From NCBI GenBank assembly GCA_030390025.1, contig CM059432.1, forward strand, positions 96,846,001 through 96,910,000: a DNA stretch of 64,000 nt, written 5' to 3'. The stretch comes from Squalus acanthias. Taxonomy: Eukaryota. The translations under genes were made by a program, and so were the position numbers. The notes beneath the pieces are model-generated. The model was not told where the DNA came from and made no database searches. It saw nothing but the letters and a program-made list of their open reading frames with translations. Below are positions 12,978-26,423 of this stretch, in pieces; the stretch's first letter is position 1; each line of letters starts with the position of its first letter.

Positions 12978-13449
12978 AAGGGCTTTGGAGAGAAAAGGGA
13001 GCTTGGAGATGGGGCGGTAGTTTGCAAGGACGGAGGGGTCAAGGGTTGTTTTTTTGAGGAGAGGGTTGATGACAGCAGATTTAAAAGCAATTGTTACTGT
13101 ATTTATTAATTCCTTCAAATAAAATGTGAAAAATAACTGTTTAAGAATGTGGTATAAGGATAAACGCAGATAATCTAATAGTCTTCAGACCACAGTGATC
13201 ACGGATTGCTGGGGTTGTAGAAGAGCATTTTGTGGAGCTGTAGATAAGGTGCCTAAGATTATATTCTGAGTTGTATTTGGGCAGATTTGCTAATTGTCTT
13301 GTAGGTCAGGGAAGTCTTCATCATTTAGGAGGATTAGTTTACCTCCTCAGGATAGTGATTGGATTGATAAAATTGATGCGGTGGACTGAATGTCTTTTTT
13401 TTCATTCCATGCTTTATTATGTTCTTATTAGAAATTACTTCTGAGTAAA

Positions 13450-13710
13450 CTGGGTAAAAAACCAAAGAGGAAATGCGGAGAATTTTTTTTACACAGCGAG
13501 TTGTTATGATCTACAATGCACTGCCTGAAAGGGTGGTGGAAGCAGATTCAGTAGTAATTTTCAAAAGGGAATTGGAAAAATACTTGAAAAGGTAAAAAGG
13601 AAAAATTTACAGGGCTATGGAGAAAGACCGGGGGAGTGGGACTAATTCAAAGAGCCGGCTCAGGCACAATAGGATCAATATCCACCCTCTATGCTGTATG
13701 ATTCCATGAA
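13450..13710 (+). mobile_element. CR1 3'-end fragment
   Basis: NFFTQRVV..NALPERVVEA motif and CR1 3'UTR/tail. Confidence 0.8.
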
Positions 13711-14452
13711 ATTTCATGCAGTCATTTTCCTTTTCTCAGCTTGCAGCTTGCTTCTCTCTCTAAAGGCTAGGATGGTTTGCCCTACGTGCTGGATTTGAAA
13801 ATTAGGCTGCCGTCTTCCACCCCTAAAGCTGTCTGCAACTCCCCTCACACCAGCAGTTCCTTGTTACCTACCTTAGCGGCTGCACAGAAGCAAATTGAAT
13901 TAAAAAGTGCTTGTGGTTAATTAAAAGAAAATGGAGTACAGATATACAAACATATCATGGGGGATACATGCAAAAACTCCTTATTTTGAATTGCCCACTA
14001 CAGGGATTTAAGCTGCATTTTCTGCTGATGCAAATGAATGGATATGATGGCACTTTGTATATTTCTATTAAATGTATTGCTGTTGGGTTAATAGGCTTCA
14101 CTTGCCATACATCCATTGCCTCATATTTCTGCTGCAGCACTGCCAATTTTCTGGTGCTTAATTTTAATAAGGTGAACAAGGTTTTGGCCAGAAGTGGAGC
14201 CTTGCAATTGTACCCTACAGCGCTTTATCACATCAAAATATCTCAAAGTGCTTTGCACAATGAATGACTTTTGAAATTTAGGAATATCTGCTGGAAAGGC
14301 AATTTGATTTTAGGCTAATCTATTTTAGCAAGTCATCCCTGTGCCTTAGTGTTGAATTATGAGTCACTGTAAAGACCAGTGCTGCAGATATCATGTAACT
14401 ATTACCAGCTTGAGCATATAATGTGGGGGGGGGCTAAGCAAAATATTTTTCT

Positions 14453-14677
14453 AATAACAACAGAAAATGCTGAAAATACTCAGCAGGTCAGGCAGCATCT
14501 GTAGAGAGAGAAACAGAGTCAACGTTTCGGGTCGAGGACCCTTCGTCAGAACCCTTCGTCCTTGATCTGAAATGTTGACTCTGTTTCTTTCTCCTCAATG
14601 CTGCCTGACCTGCTGAGTGTTTCGAGCATTTTCTGTTGTTATTTCAGATTTCCAGCATCCGCAATATTTTGCTATTG
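14453..14677. mobile_element. Penelope-derived fold-back (inverted pLTR ends) with a hammerhead motif on the minus strand
   Basis: Arms of about 80 bp (AATAACAACAGAAAATGCT... / ...AGCATTTTCTGTTGTTATT) plus the CAGATTTCCAGCATCCGCA tail shared with 60036-60070. Confidence 0.85.
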
Positions 14678-14894
14678 TGTGGAGAAATGTTTTTGTATTG
14701 TTCATATGCCAATGGCTCCTTTTTTATAAAGGTTTTTAAAATGATGTTTAGTTGGTACAATGAAGCATGTAACACCATAGAATGATGGGATGTGAATTCA
14801 CATGACAAACATGCATCCCTCCTCCAACACACATTTCCAGTTGAGCTTCTCGTCTCAGCTACATAACTATGGTGCAGTGCAAAGCAAAGGCAAT

Positions 14895-17025
14895 GGCTTA
14901 GAAATTGGATCGTGCCTGAAAAAGGGGCACAAGGGATGGGATGCATACTACACATGCCTGTTTATGTGGTCCCATGGACCAAATGAAATTGGTGCTGGGA
15001 CCTCATTATAATATTTCAGGTGTACAGCCAGCATTATTACCTTGGCTATTCATTGGCTGCACGCTTGTTTGGGTCAGGGTGGAAAAAGGGCATCACTGAT
15101 GCCACTTAAAGGCAGCCAGCACTTCTTAAAGGGTAGGTGCACTTTGGATTCAGACACCAGGGATACACTTCTAAACACAACATGGCGGGAAAAGTACAGA
15201 CAGAGCACCCAGGTTCTGTGATGCTACCTCGGAGGCCCTGGTACAGGTGGTGGACAGCAGATGGGAAATCCTGTTCCCACCAGGGATCAGAAGGTCCTCT
15301 GGGCAATGCCTCCGTCACCAGTGTGAAGAGGGTGCAGAGGAAGTTAATGCCAGGAGCTTAGCTCCCAGGATATGGCTGGAATGCCGAAAAAGGTTCAGTG
15401 ACCTCACCAGTGTTGTAGAAGTTAAGAATACTGCTCTCTTACTCTCTGCTCACACCTCTAGCCTCACTACTTACTCACTTCCCTTCACTCTCCGACAATC
15501 ACTGCACCACACTTCAGTCCATCATTTTCTATTCATATTCACACACTCACCACTATTGCAACCCTCACGTCCCCATACCTAACAGTTTACACACTGCATA
15601 CAAAGTATTCTATCATGACAGGCACATTCTCTAAACACCTTACAAGACTAATGCTAACACATTCCTTTCTTGCAGGAGAAGGTCGTGCACAACCTGCACC
15701 AGGAGGCTGCCACCGGAGGAGTTCGAGCCCGCCTGCACAGCCCCTCTCCTATGGAAGGAAACATGCTGACCATCATGGTCATGGCGAGCAGCAATGCTGG
15801 AGGAGACCATGCAGGGTTTCTTCACACTCATATACTTCTTTTCCCATCTGACTTCTATCTCACCTTACACACTCGGCATGACAAACTGCAGCTGCTTTCC
15901 TCAGCCACATCTCTCTCTGCTCTCCCTGCATACTAAAAGCTAACCCTTGTGCTTCTTTTTCATTTCAGGTGCTGAAAATGTGGACATCTGACTGTCAGTG
16001 GAGGAAGAGGAGGCCAGTCTACCTGAAGAAGCAGCATCACTCAATCTCACTCTTGCAAGCACCAGCTCAGATATTAGCACCATGCGAACTTTAGAGGCTA
16101 GGCTAGGGGAGGGATCGTCACGTGGTAAATCACCGAGCACAAGTGTGCGGGAGCTAGGGCAGAGGATAGAACAGGTGCCAATTTGCTGGTGAGCGATATT
16201 GCATGATGGTTCTGTTGCAAAGGTCTCAGATGCTTACTTTAGAGGCTAGTCTAGGGGAGGGATTTTCACATGGTGAATCACCAGGACAAGTGTGCAGGAG
16301 CTAGGGCAGAGAATAGAACGCCACAGGGTGCCAATTTTCTGGAGGGCGAGATTTCATGATGGTTCTGCTGCAGAGGACTCAGATGCTTACTTTGAGATCC
16401 CAGACTACTTAAGAAGACTGATGGACATGCACAAGGATTGATAGGTGCAGCTTGCTAGCCTCAGAGCATGAAGGAGTTGAGCTCCAACTTGTGCCGGGGT
16501 TTTCTGCAGAGCATGGGGACCATTCTGTCCAACATGGACTGACTGGTCAGGTCCATGAACATGACAGTGACGCCCACCATGATGGAACCTCTCCTGACAG
16601 CTCTGACAACTTGCAATGGAAGCTTAGACAGCTGTCTTCCTGGCTCTGGGGGTTAGTGTTGACAGGGCTTCCAGAGCTTCACATCACTCCTGCACTCCGT
16701 TCTCACGCAAAACTGTAGGAGTGCTGTTGTGCAATCCCAGGAGACTGGCCTTGGCTCCATGGGAGAGGCACCTGCTGTCCTCTCTCAGGATGACAGCATG
16801 CCTGAACCCCTGCCACCCACTCTGCCTGTGTCCTGGCTAGGACAGACTGCCCCGGCCCAAAGCAAGATGCTTAAGTCTGCAGCCAGGATCTCAAGACCCA
16901 GAGCTGCTCAAGGTCGCCCACCATTGCCATCTGAAGTGTCCTCAATGGAAGCTCAGCAGCCTTCTACCTTGCAAGCTGTAGCCACTGGGAAAACACTTCA
17001 TAGGAGCATGAGGCTAGGTAAGCAA
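14895..17025 (+). mobile_element. Harbinger remnant carrying a degraded 3-exon Myb/SANT-like gene; no transposase
   Basis: Left end resembles 20858; RAPRF..EALV..V..R.EILFP and WLECRKRFSDLT motifs; exon 2/3 and C-terminal (LSQDDS..QQPST) similarity to the other Myb genes. Confidence 0.8.
16088..16393 (+). repeat. Two-copy ~150-bp tandem duplication inside the Myb exon 3 remnant
   Basis: ACTTTAGAGGCTAG..CTAGGGGAGGGAT...CTCAGATGCTT occurs at 16088 and again at ~16236. Confidence 0.85.
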
Positions 17026-18305
17026 GCCCTCCTATGTTATAATGCTCTACCACTTTTCGGAGACAGAAGAATATTCCCACAGAGGACCAGGATAGATCGA
17101 ATTAACAGATTGGACTCGCCTGTGAGTGTATTCGAAGATGCAGAAGTCAAAAAATCTGAGTGGGAGGGTAGAAAATATCCCAAAATGTAACATGGAGATT
17201 CTTAGGATTGTGTCAGTATTGGAAAGGGGATCCCTACACAGAAAAAGTGAAATTTTGTTGGACAATATACCATGTATCAGTGGCAGATGAATTAGTAGTG
17301 AGCTAATGTCTGATACTAGTTCACAAAGCGCTACAACTGAACATCAACTGTTACCTTGTGCTTACCCGGGATAAGTTTTGCTTTGAATGTAAAATTATAT
17401 TACTTTGCAAACTTCTCCTCCCCAGTGCAATTATCCACTAGACTGCCTCTTGATGATTTCCACAGCTGTTGCATTGTCAGTTTAAATAGCACTTCTTTTT
17501 GGCTAACTGGGGGGCTTCACATAGTTCGTGCTATGACAATGGGTAGAAGCTGTAATAATGTGATGTCTCCTGTGGATTCAACCTCCATCATGGCCATCTG
17601 TCAGCCGCTTAAACCTTGGCAAGAAATGCTACGCCTGTGAAATCTAGAAGCTTGTCACTAGTTTTTCACTCCGTAGTATGCTAGGCTGAAACACAACCAA
17701 TTCTGCCATTGTGCTTTAGTCTGTATCTAAACTTGTGACAACTATGCTCTTTTAAATAGCAGGAATTATTGAGTATAATGGTATTCATATAGTTTAGGAC
17801 CACAATAAAGTTATAGGATAAGCATACATATTTTCAAACTCAACATATCCTCCAACCTTTTTCAGGCTTTTAAAACACAAGTTTGTATCACTTAATTCTG
17901 ATTTCATAGAATCATAGAGCACAGATGGAGGCCATTTGGCCCATCGTGCCTATGCCGGCTTTCTGAAAGAGCTACCAATTAGTGCCAACCCCTGCTCTTT
18001 CCCCATAGCCCTGCAAATGTTTCCTTTTTAAGTATAGTATGTCCAATTCCTCTTTGAAAGTTACTATTGAATCTGCTTCCACTACCCTTTCAGACAATGC
18101 ATTCCAGATCATAACAACTCGCTGAATAAAAATAAAACTCCTCATCTCCACCCTGGCTTTCTAACCAATTATCTTACTTCTGTTTCTCCTGGTTACTGAC
18201 CCGTCTGCCAGTCGAAACAATGTCTCCCTATCTACTCTGTCAAAACCACTCATAATTTTGAACACCTCTAGTAAATCTCCCCTTAACCTTCTCTGCTCTA
18301 AAGAG

Positions 18306-18490
18306 ATCATGATGTGGAGATGCCGGCGTTGGACTGGGGTGGACAAAAATGAGAAGTCGCACAACACCAGGTTATAGTCCAACAGATTTATTTAATTTTA
18401 CAAGCTTTCGGAGCAGTTCGCTCCTTCGTCAGGTAAGTTAGCAGTGAGAGAATCTCCCAGAATTCACAATTTAAACACAGACACAAAAAA
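18306..18490 (-). mobile_element. Penelope-like pLTR fragment of a second family
   Basis: Interrupts the CR1 RT and carries a hammerhead core (next feature). Sequence is unrelated to the 57656-60070 pLTR outside the ribozyme core. Confidence 0.7.
18398..18436 (-). ncRNA. Minimal type I hammerhead ribozyme motif (AAGCUU variant)
   Basis: Minus strand TTAC-CTGACGA-A-GGAGC-GAACT-GCTCC-GAAA-GCTT-GTAA: intact cores, paired stems I and II, palindromic stem III. Confidence 0.8.
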
Positions 18491-19535
18491 TCAACCCTAG
18501 CTTCTCCAGTCTCTCCACATAATTGAATTCCTTCATCCCTGGTACCATTCTAGTAAATCTCCTCTACACCCTCACTAAGGCCTTGACATCCTTTCTAAAG
18601 TGTGGTGCCCAGAATTGGCCACAATACTCTAGCTGAGGTCTAGCCAGTGTTTTATAAAGGTTTACCATAGCTTCTTGCTTTTGTACTCTATGCCTCTATT
18701 TATAAAAACAAGGATCTCATACACTTTTTAACAGCTTTATCAGCTTGTCCTGCCACCTTCAAAGCTTTGTGTATGTGAACCCCCAGGTCTCTCTATTCCT
18801 TCACCCCTTTAAAATTTTACCATTTAGTTTATATTTCCTCTAATCATTTTCCTTCCAAAATGCACCATTTCACACTTCTCTGTATTACATTTAATCTACT
18901 ATGTGTCTGCCCATTTCACCTGTCTTTCTATATCCTTCTGAAGTCTGCTAATAACCTCCTCACTGTTTAGTACATTTCTAAACTTTATATCTTCTGCAAA
19001 CTTTAAAATTATGCCCTGTATACTCAATTCCAGGTCATTACGAGCACCACTTCACTCTTCGCTCCAGTCTGAAAAAACAACCATTCACCACCACTCTCTG
19101 CTTTCTGTCTCTCAGCCAATGTTGTATCCACACTTCCACTGCCTCTGTAATCCCATGGGCTTTAATTTTGCTAACAAGTCAATTATGTACCTGTAGTACT
19201 TTGTCAAATGCCTTTTGAAAGTCCATTTACACAAGACCAACTGCACTACCTTCATCAACCCTCTCTGTTACTTTATCGAAGAACTGAATCAAGTTAATCA
19301 GACATGATTTGCCTTTAATAAATCTGTGTTGGCTGTCTTAGCTTCTCTCAAACTCTTTTCAACAATAGTGGTGTCCCCCCGGTATAGATCCTGAGTCTTT
19401 ACCTTAGGCTTGCAGTTCAAAAAAAATGATGACAATAAATCAGGATTAAGTTAAAAACAAAGAGAATTGATTGTCCTGTTACCATATCCATTCATGTGTC
19501 TTTGTTGACATTCAGGTGGTGGTGCTGGCTGTGGA

Positions 19536-19589
19536 ACTGGGTCATGCATTCCACAAGAGATAAGTCTCCTGTTGAATGCATGACCCAGT
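19536..19589. repeat. Isolated near-perfect hairpin (16-bp perfect outer stem)
   Basis: ACTGGGTCATGCATTC (19536-19551) is the exact reverse complement of 19574-19589; inner ACA/TGT and GAGA/TCTC pairs close a TAAG loop. Confidence 0.9.
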
Positions 19590-19974
19590 AGGAAGTGAAG
19601 CATAACTTCAACCCTGTACAAAACTGCATTTTAAAACTGCTCAGGCTGTGTTGGAGCACTTTCTAAACTTATTTTTCAATATTTCTAATTTTAGGAGAAA
19701 GTGGACACTCCTATATGCTCTCTTCTAACATTGCAACTTAGCCACCAAGGGAGTGAAGGTCTACATACAGATAGAACGCCTTTGCACTGCTGACAGTGCA
19801 ACTGGCAAGGAAGCAGCTACACATTGGATTCCACAGATAACAGTCTGACACCGGCAGCTGCAATATAACTGCAGCCTAAGAGCTTGGAGGCATTAACCAG
19901 TTTATTTTAAATGGGCTCATGCTCCCTTAAAGTAGTGAGCAAATGAATTTGAAATGAGTGAAGTAAATGTTTGT

Positions 19975-20158
19975 ATAATAACAACAACTCACATTTATGG
20001 AAAACCTTTAACATAATAAACGTTCCAATGCATCTTATAGAGGTAAAAATGGAAAATAAAGCTGTAATAAATGAATTGGGATGGTGACTGAAAGCAAAAG
20101 GATAAGTTATGAGTTGGCTTTTGACGATGGAGAAAGATTAACAAGGTGGAGGAGTTTA
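19975..20158 (-). mobile_element. L2 3'-end fragment, continuing at ~32601-32655 beyond the nested CR1
   Basis: (AAC)n tail and similarity to 9748-9950. GGAGTTT|GGGGGAGAATTC..CTTAG..CAACTAAAAGCAC parallels 9945-9995. Confidence 0.65.
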
Positions 20159-22279
20159 TAGAATCATAGAATAATACAGCACAGAAGGAGGCCATTCAGC
20201 CCATTATGCCTGTGCCGGCTCTTTGAATGAGCTGTCCAATTACTCCCACTCACCTGTGCTTTCCCCATAGCCCTGAAAATGTTTCCCCTTCAAGTATTTA
20301 CCCAATTCCCTTTTGAAAGTTAGTGGCCCGGAATTTGTGATAAGAATAACTATGAAGCTATCAGCACTCACCGTTATAACGGAGGAAATCTGACAGTAAC
20401 TTCTAGCATACGCACATGCGCAATTAAACACGGAAATCGGGATGTTGCTGTCACAGATACACCGCTCATCCACAGGGTGCACTGTAACAGTCCTCGCTGA
20501 GAGACTCGTCATTGGAATCAATGTCATGAACTTGGGGTACTTGCCCATTAGTTCCCCACTAAACACGCCAGAAAAAGTTAGGAGTAAATTAATTTTTAAC
20601 GGTGTGATAAGTGATAATTACTGCCAAACGACCTCTGTGGCCCTGAAAATGTAATCTTACAAGTGTGGAATATCATTTCTTCAGAAGTTAATTAGATTTA
20701 AAAAAAAGTACACTATTTTTTTTAAACTTTTTCTGTATGTCTCCTTTATCTCTCTTTCTTAATCCCACCTGTCTCTCCCAATCTTTATTTTACTTTCTGT
20801 ACATGATTTAAATCTAATTTATACTTCATGCTTTATACTTCCTGGATTAGACTCTGTGGGGGCTAAATTGCATAGCCCCTGAAAACGGGCGCGGGGATCG
20901 CAATGTACGATTAACCCGCGCCCATTCAGTGTAATACAGGCAGCACGCCAACTTTGTGCTGCCTGCTCATTATAATAATTTCAGCGTGCAGTCAGCGCTA
21001 ATCACGCTGTTCATCTGCTGCATGCATCAGCAGGGGGTGGAAAATTGTTAGTAACTTGCACTAATTAAAGCTACCCTGCACTATTTAAAGCTAGCCTGCA
21101 CCTCTTACAGGGAGGTGCATTGTGACTGGAACAGGTGCTGGGAGTCGTTCTGCAACTGAATCTGACCTGGGAAAGAGTGAAGAATGGCTGACCATGGGAT
21201 AGATTGGGCACTGGAGGTCTTGGTGGAAGAGGTGGAAAGGAGGATCGGTGTTCTGTATCCTCGGGGGACCAGGATGCGAAGAAAGCTGCGGAGGTCAATG
21301 CCAGTAGTTTAGCCTCAGGGACCTGGATGCAGTGCCGGAAGAAGTTTAATGACCTCACACAAGTGGTCAAGGTCAGTGAGTGCATCTTCAAATACCATAT
21401 CCTACCAACTGCACCACTAGTCTCAGCCACTGCTCAATTCACCACACCCCCATCACTCACCTACCAACTATCCCTATCAATCAGGACTCATACCTAACAT
21501 TCATATGCTTCACCACACCCTCACACATTTAGCACTGTTGCAAGCCTCACACCCACATCTCACAGCTTGCACACACTGGCAGCTATTCAACTATGACAGC
21601 CACATCACCCAAACATATTGCACAACCCTCACTGACATACTTCCCTCTCTCTTGCAGGACAAGGTTGCACACAACAAGGAGGCAGCAGGAACTAATCGGA
21701 GGGGGATAAGCACATCTGCATGTTCTAACCCCCATGGAGGAGACAGTTCTGGCCATTATGGGAAGGGCCATTGCTGAGGCCGTGGCCACCGGTGGGACTG
21801 AATCCATTGAAGATGATGGTATCCTCATATCTAATCCTCCTTCTCACATCCCACTTCTCCCTCATCCCTAACTCTCTTCTGACTTACAAGCTTCAGATGC
21901 TTTAAGCATGCACTCCTTAATTTTGCCTCCTCCCTCACCACAACCCAACCCTTGTCTCTTTTTCATTTCAGATACCCAAGAACTACAACCTGCCCAAGCA
22001 GTGGAGGAAGAGCGGGAAGACAGTGATGATGAAAACACACTGTCACTTGATTTCACACTCGCAGCCAGCAGTTCAGATAGTGACACTGCGCATATCTTAG
22101 AGTATAGCATAAAGGCGGGAGCTGCATGTGGTGAGACACCGAGCACTAGTGCGCCGCAGTCAGGGCAGGAGGCAATGCTATCACAGGTGCCAGTTCACCT
22201 GAGGGCAAGGTTGCACATGAGTTCTGCTGCAGAGGACTCAGAAGAGGAGTTTTGTGGGCCAGGCTGCAGAAAAAGGCTG

Positions 22280-22837
22280 TGATTTTAATTCTCCGGACCA
22301 CTCCGACTCTGACCTCTCTGTCATGGCCTCCTCCATTGTTCCAATGAAGCTCAATGTAAGCTCAAGGAACAGCACCTCATCTTTCAATTAATCACTAGAC
22401 AGCCTTCCGGACTAAACATTGGGTTCAACAATTTGAGCTCATAATCTCTGGCCCCATTTTGCCGGCGGGCAGCTGCTGTTGATGATTCTGATATTCACAT
22501 TTACACCTCTTCTATAACGATATTTTGTTTCTTTACTTGTCCCATTACCATCTCCTTTCACCTTGCACCATCATCCCTTTTATCATTTAATCTCTCCTGC
22601 CTTCCATCCTATCACAGACCTTCCCATTTGTTCTTTCCTCCCCTCCCCCTTTTCCTGCCTCTGTATTTGCTTAAAACCTGTTACATCTTTAATTTTTTCT
22701 AGTTCTGACGAAAGGTCATCAACCTGAAACGTTAACTCTGTTTCTCTCTTCACAGATGCTGCCTGACCTGCTGAGTATTTCCAGCATTTTCTGTTTTTAA
22801 TTCAGATTTCCAGCATCCACAGTATTTTGCTTTTGTC
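22280..22837 (+). mobile_element. 5'-truncated Penelope (end of GIY-YIG ORF plus pLTR with hammerhead at 22701-22737)
   Basis: Matches 59490-60070; imperfect 13-bp TSD CAGAAAAAGGCTG (22267-22279) / CAGGAAAAGGTTG (22838-22850). Confidence 0.9.
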
Positions 22838-23751
22838 CAGGAAAAGGTTGATCGGTGTACACACCGAAATGCTTGGTGCATTGCAGGCTGCCAGAAAGCT
22901 TGCATTCAATGTCAAGGAGCATGGAGGAGTCCAGCACCAATTTGGCACAGGGCTCTGCGCAGAACTTGGAGCCCATCCTTTCCAGCATGGAACTGGTGGC
23001 CAACTCCATCACCACACTTGTCGAGCCAACCATGATGCAGCGTCTGATGGCCGATGTCTCAGCTTCCATTGCAGCACAAGCAGCAGCCACCCAACGTCTG
23101 AGTGCTGCAGTGGAAGCTCAGACTGATGCCATCATGGCTCAGGATACCAGTGTTCAAAGCGACTTGCAGGGGGTCATAGCAGTCCAGCAATCAGTCCTCC
23201 AACAGATTACTGGATTGGTGAGGAGTTGTTGCGGGGGAATGGCAGAGGCTCCATGGAGCACGAACTTGCTGTCCTTTCTCAGGATGACAGCATTTATGCT
23301 CCCAACCCTGCCACTCTGCCAGTGCCTTTGCTGTTGCCCATCAGCCAGCCAGCCAGACCAGACTGCTGCCGCCCATGCCGAGATGGTGCAGTATGAAGCC
23401 GGGCCTTCTAGTCTCTTAGCTGCTCGAGGTCGTCTTCCAAGGCCATCTGCAGACTGCTCCACTGAAAGTCAGTAGCCTTCCACCAGCCATGCTGCAGCCA
23501 CTGGGGTAGCACTGCGTAGGAGCACTAGGACAGGTAAAGGCACACGGAAGACAGTCAAAATGGAATGCACAAGGGTGATTCATTTATTTTTGTATGCAAT
23601 ATGGCATGATTTAATTTATAAATTTGGATTGGAATGTGTATTTTGTGTTGGCTTTTACTTTTGCATTGTGGGCAAGAGGAAGATGTGATAGTCAGTGACA
23701 TAGAAGGTAAGGAATGTGTGACTTTTGGTGAATGGGAAATTGAGGTTGAGG

Positions 23752-24918
23752 CTACTGGTATTGCACTTGAATTAGTTCTTCACATACAGCCCAGGCAGAA
23801 AGGGGCTGTCTGGGTTGCAGAATCCCTTCCTCTTCCGCCTCTTCTGCCTCCTCATCTTCCTCTTCCTTCTTCTCCTGCTCCTCAGCTTCTCGCCTGATAG
23901 GTGGTGGCAAGGGCTGTTCCCTCATGATGGCAAGGTTGTGCAGCATGTAGCATACCACCACAAATCTTGAGACCCGCTCAGCTGAGTACTGCAGGGCTCC
24001 TCCAGAGTGGTCCAGGCAGCGGAATTGTTGTTTCAGCACGCCAATAGTCTGCTCTGTCAGATCTCTTGTGGCAGCATGGCTCTCATTGTATACATGCTGC
24101 GCACGTGTGCGAGGGTAGCGAACCGGAGTCCTGAGCCATGTCGTCAGTGGCTAGCCCTTGTCTCCCAGTAGCCACCCTTTGGTTTGCTGTGGTGGTTGAA
24201 ATACAGCAGGCCCAGAGGACTGCCGCAGAATGATCACATCATGACTGCTGCCAGGATACCGGGCATTGACCTGCATGATGCACTGCCTATGGTCACACAC
24301 CACCTGCACGTTGAGGGAGTGGAATCCCTTTTGGTTCAGGTACATGGCAGAGTTGACATGAGGAAGATGCAAAGCAATGTGTGTCCAGTCATTGGCACCC
24401 TGCATTATGGGGAAGCCTACAATCCTTGAAAACCCTTGTGCTCGCTCCGCCTGCTTTTCTCTGGCAAGAGGGAATGAATTGAAGTTATCTCTCTTTGAAT
24501 AGAGAGCCTCAGTGACCTCCCTTATGCAGCAGTGCACTGCAAACTGCGAGATGTTGCTAATATCTACAGCAGCAGCCTGGAAGGAGCCAGACGCATAAAA
24601 GTTGATCACCATGGTCACCTTCACAGCCACTGGCAATGTGGTCCCTGCCCCGCTCTGAGGTTGGAGTTGTGCCTGCAGCAGTTGGCAGATTTCAGTGACG
24701 ACCTCCTCAGTGAAGTGCAGACGTCGCAAACATTGTTCATCGCTGAAGTTCAGGTACGAGATTTGTTCCCTGAACACCTTGGGTGAATATGGCCGCCTTC
24801 TGAGAGCCCTTCTCCCCCTCCTCCTTCCTCTTCTAGCAACTTGTCCTGCTCTGCATGGCCTCTGTTCATTCTCCCATTCATGCTCAATTCTGAGAGGAAG
24901 GCTTACTAGTGCACCCAT
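23752..24918 (-). pseudogene. Harbinger (HARBI1-like) DDE transposase pseudogene
   Basis: AVKVT...[26 protein letters not shown] then a stop at 24151; LKQQFRCLD and MLHN follow downstream. Confidence 0.9.
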
Positions 24919-26423
24919 GTCTGGGAGCAACTGGCTGTGTAGAAGCCTTGAAGTCAGCAAAAAGTCCATCAGCACCTGCCAAACCACTCTCTGTAGACTT
25001 TTGAAACTTGAAACAACTGTGGAAAGCACCAAAAACATGTTGAATTGTAGCAACAGCCAGAAGAAATCAACCAGCAACTAACCTGTAAGTAATTGATGAT
25101 CCCTTTAAATAGCACTGGTGGAGGGTCCTTCATGCTGCTTAACATTGTGTTCAGCTGTGTGATGTTAAGAGAGGGCATAGGCTGGAGCATGAAGCTCTAA
25201 AATAGCAGCGCTGGCATAAAATCAGCATTGCACACTGATTGACATCATGATCTGCCTGCTCTGCATACTTCTGGTGGACGTTAAGTGCACGTGTGCGCTA
25301 ACCCCTTCGCTAATATGGCATTCGCTGCAATTTGTGTCAGAAGTGTGTGCATGCACCGCAGACGCCATTTTGGAACCTTATAGGGCCTCGTAGCACCCAA
25401 CAAATGGGCTCTATCAAGCCTAATTTCACCTCTGCGTGTCTCAGTGAGCATTCTTCAATTTGATTGGTTGAAGAGCTTCGCTGTTGTTTTCCTTGCTCAC
25501 ACATGCCACAGAACCCCTGTTGAGGGCACCGTGCTGGCAAAGATGGCGGATTAGAGAAATCTTCGCTGACAAGCCCGCGAAAAGTCTGAGTGCCATTCCT
25601 TCGCCACTGAGAGCAAAATCCAGGCCAAAATTGAATCTGCTTCCACAACCCTTTCAGGCAGTGCATTCCAGATAATAACAACTCGCTGTGCTAATTACCT
25701 TAAATCTGTGGCCTTGATTACCAATCCTTCTGTCACTCGAAACATTTTCTCCTTATTTACTCTATCAAAATTGTTCATGATTTTGAACACCTCTATCAAA
25801 TCTCCCCTTAAGCTTCTCTGCTCTAAGGAGAATAACCCCAGTTTCTCTAGTCTCTCCATGTAACCGAAGTCTTTCATCCCTGATACCATTATCGTAAATC
25901 TCCGCTGCACCCTCTCTAAGGACATGACATCCTTCTTAAAGTGTGGTGCCCAGAATTGGCCACAATACTCCAGCTGGGACCTGATCAGTGTTTTATAAAG
26001 GTTTACCATAACTTCCTTGCTTTTGAACTCTTATGTCTCTATTTATAAAGCCAAGGATCCCTTTGGCCTTTGTAATAGCCTTCTCAACTTGTTCTGCCAC
26101 CTTCAAAGACTTGTGTATGTGCACCCCTAGGTGTGCAGATCGGAACAGAGTGTTAAGCTATGAGTTTGGTGAGTGAGGGAGTTCGGGGAGGGAGGTGTTC
26201 CTTTCTTTTTCCATCTTTGTCAGCTTCCAGGAGAGCAGGAGCTAAAAAGCTGCACAAGAGGGGACAGAGAACCAGTGGTGAGTATTTCTACACTATTTCT
26301 ACATTCCAGTCATTAAAGTAAAAGTAACATCTCTAGTTTCGAGTAAGTCATGTATAAAGGGAAGTAAGGTCCCTAGTGTATTTAATAGTATTTAATTTAA
26401 AGGGTGTAAATTAAGGGTAGGAC

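Larger units (their letters stand above)
9748..13086 (-). mobile_element. L2-clade LINE (RT domain and 3' tail), interrupted by a Harbinger derivative
   Basis: QSGFRPCHSTETAL, LLDLSAAF, GVPQGSILGPLLF, YADDTQLY and LHWLPV motifs; (GTT)n tail. Coding resumes at 12978 (LPFLSKALECVV reads across the junction). Confidence 0.92.
17904..19338 (-). mobile_element. 5'-truncated CR1 LINE, interrupted by a Penelope fragment
   Basis: ATTCTATG tail; LEQRRLRGDL..VFKIM and KGKSCL/DFQKAFDKV regions on the minus strand. Confidence 0.9.
20858..25432. mobile_element. Full-structure Harbinger (Myb gene +, transposase -, convergent); both genes disrupted
   Basis: Ends GGGGGCTAAATTG / TAATTTCACCTC with TGT/TGC flanks; WMQCRKKFNDLT Myb motif; transposase at 23752-24918. 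Confidence 0.92.
20325..25626. mobile_element. Harbinger-type MITE, copy A (~0.72 kb once the nested element is removed)
   Basis: TIRs GGCCCGGAATTTG / CAAAATCCAGGCC; reverse-complement homologue of 31004-32464. Confidence 0.85.
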
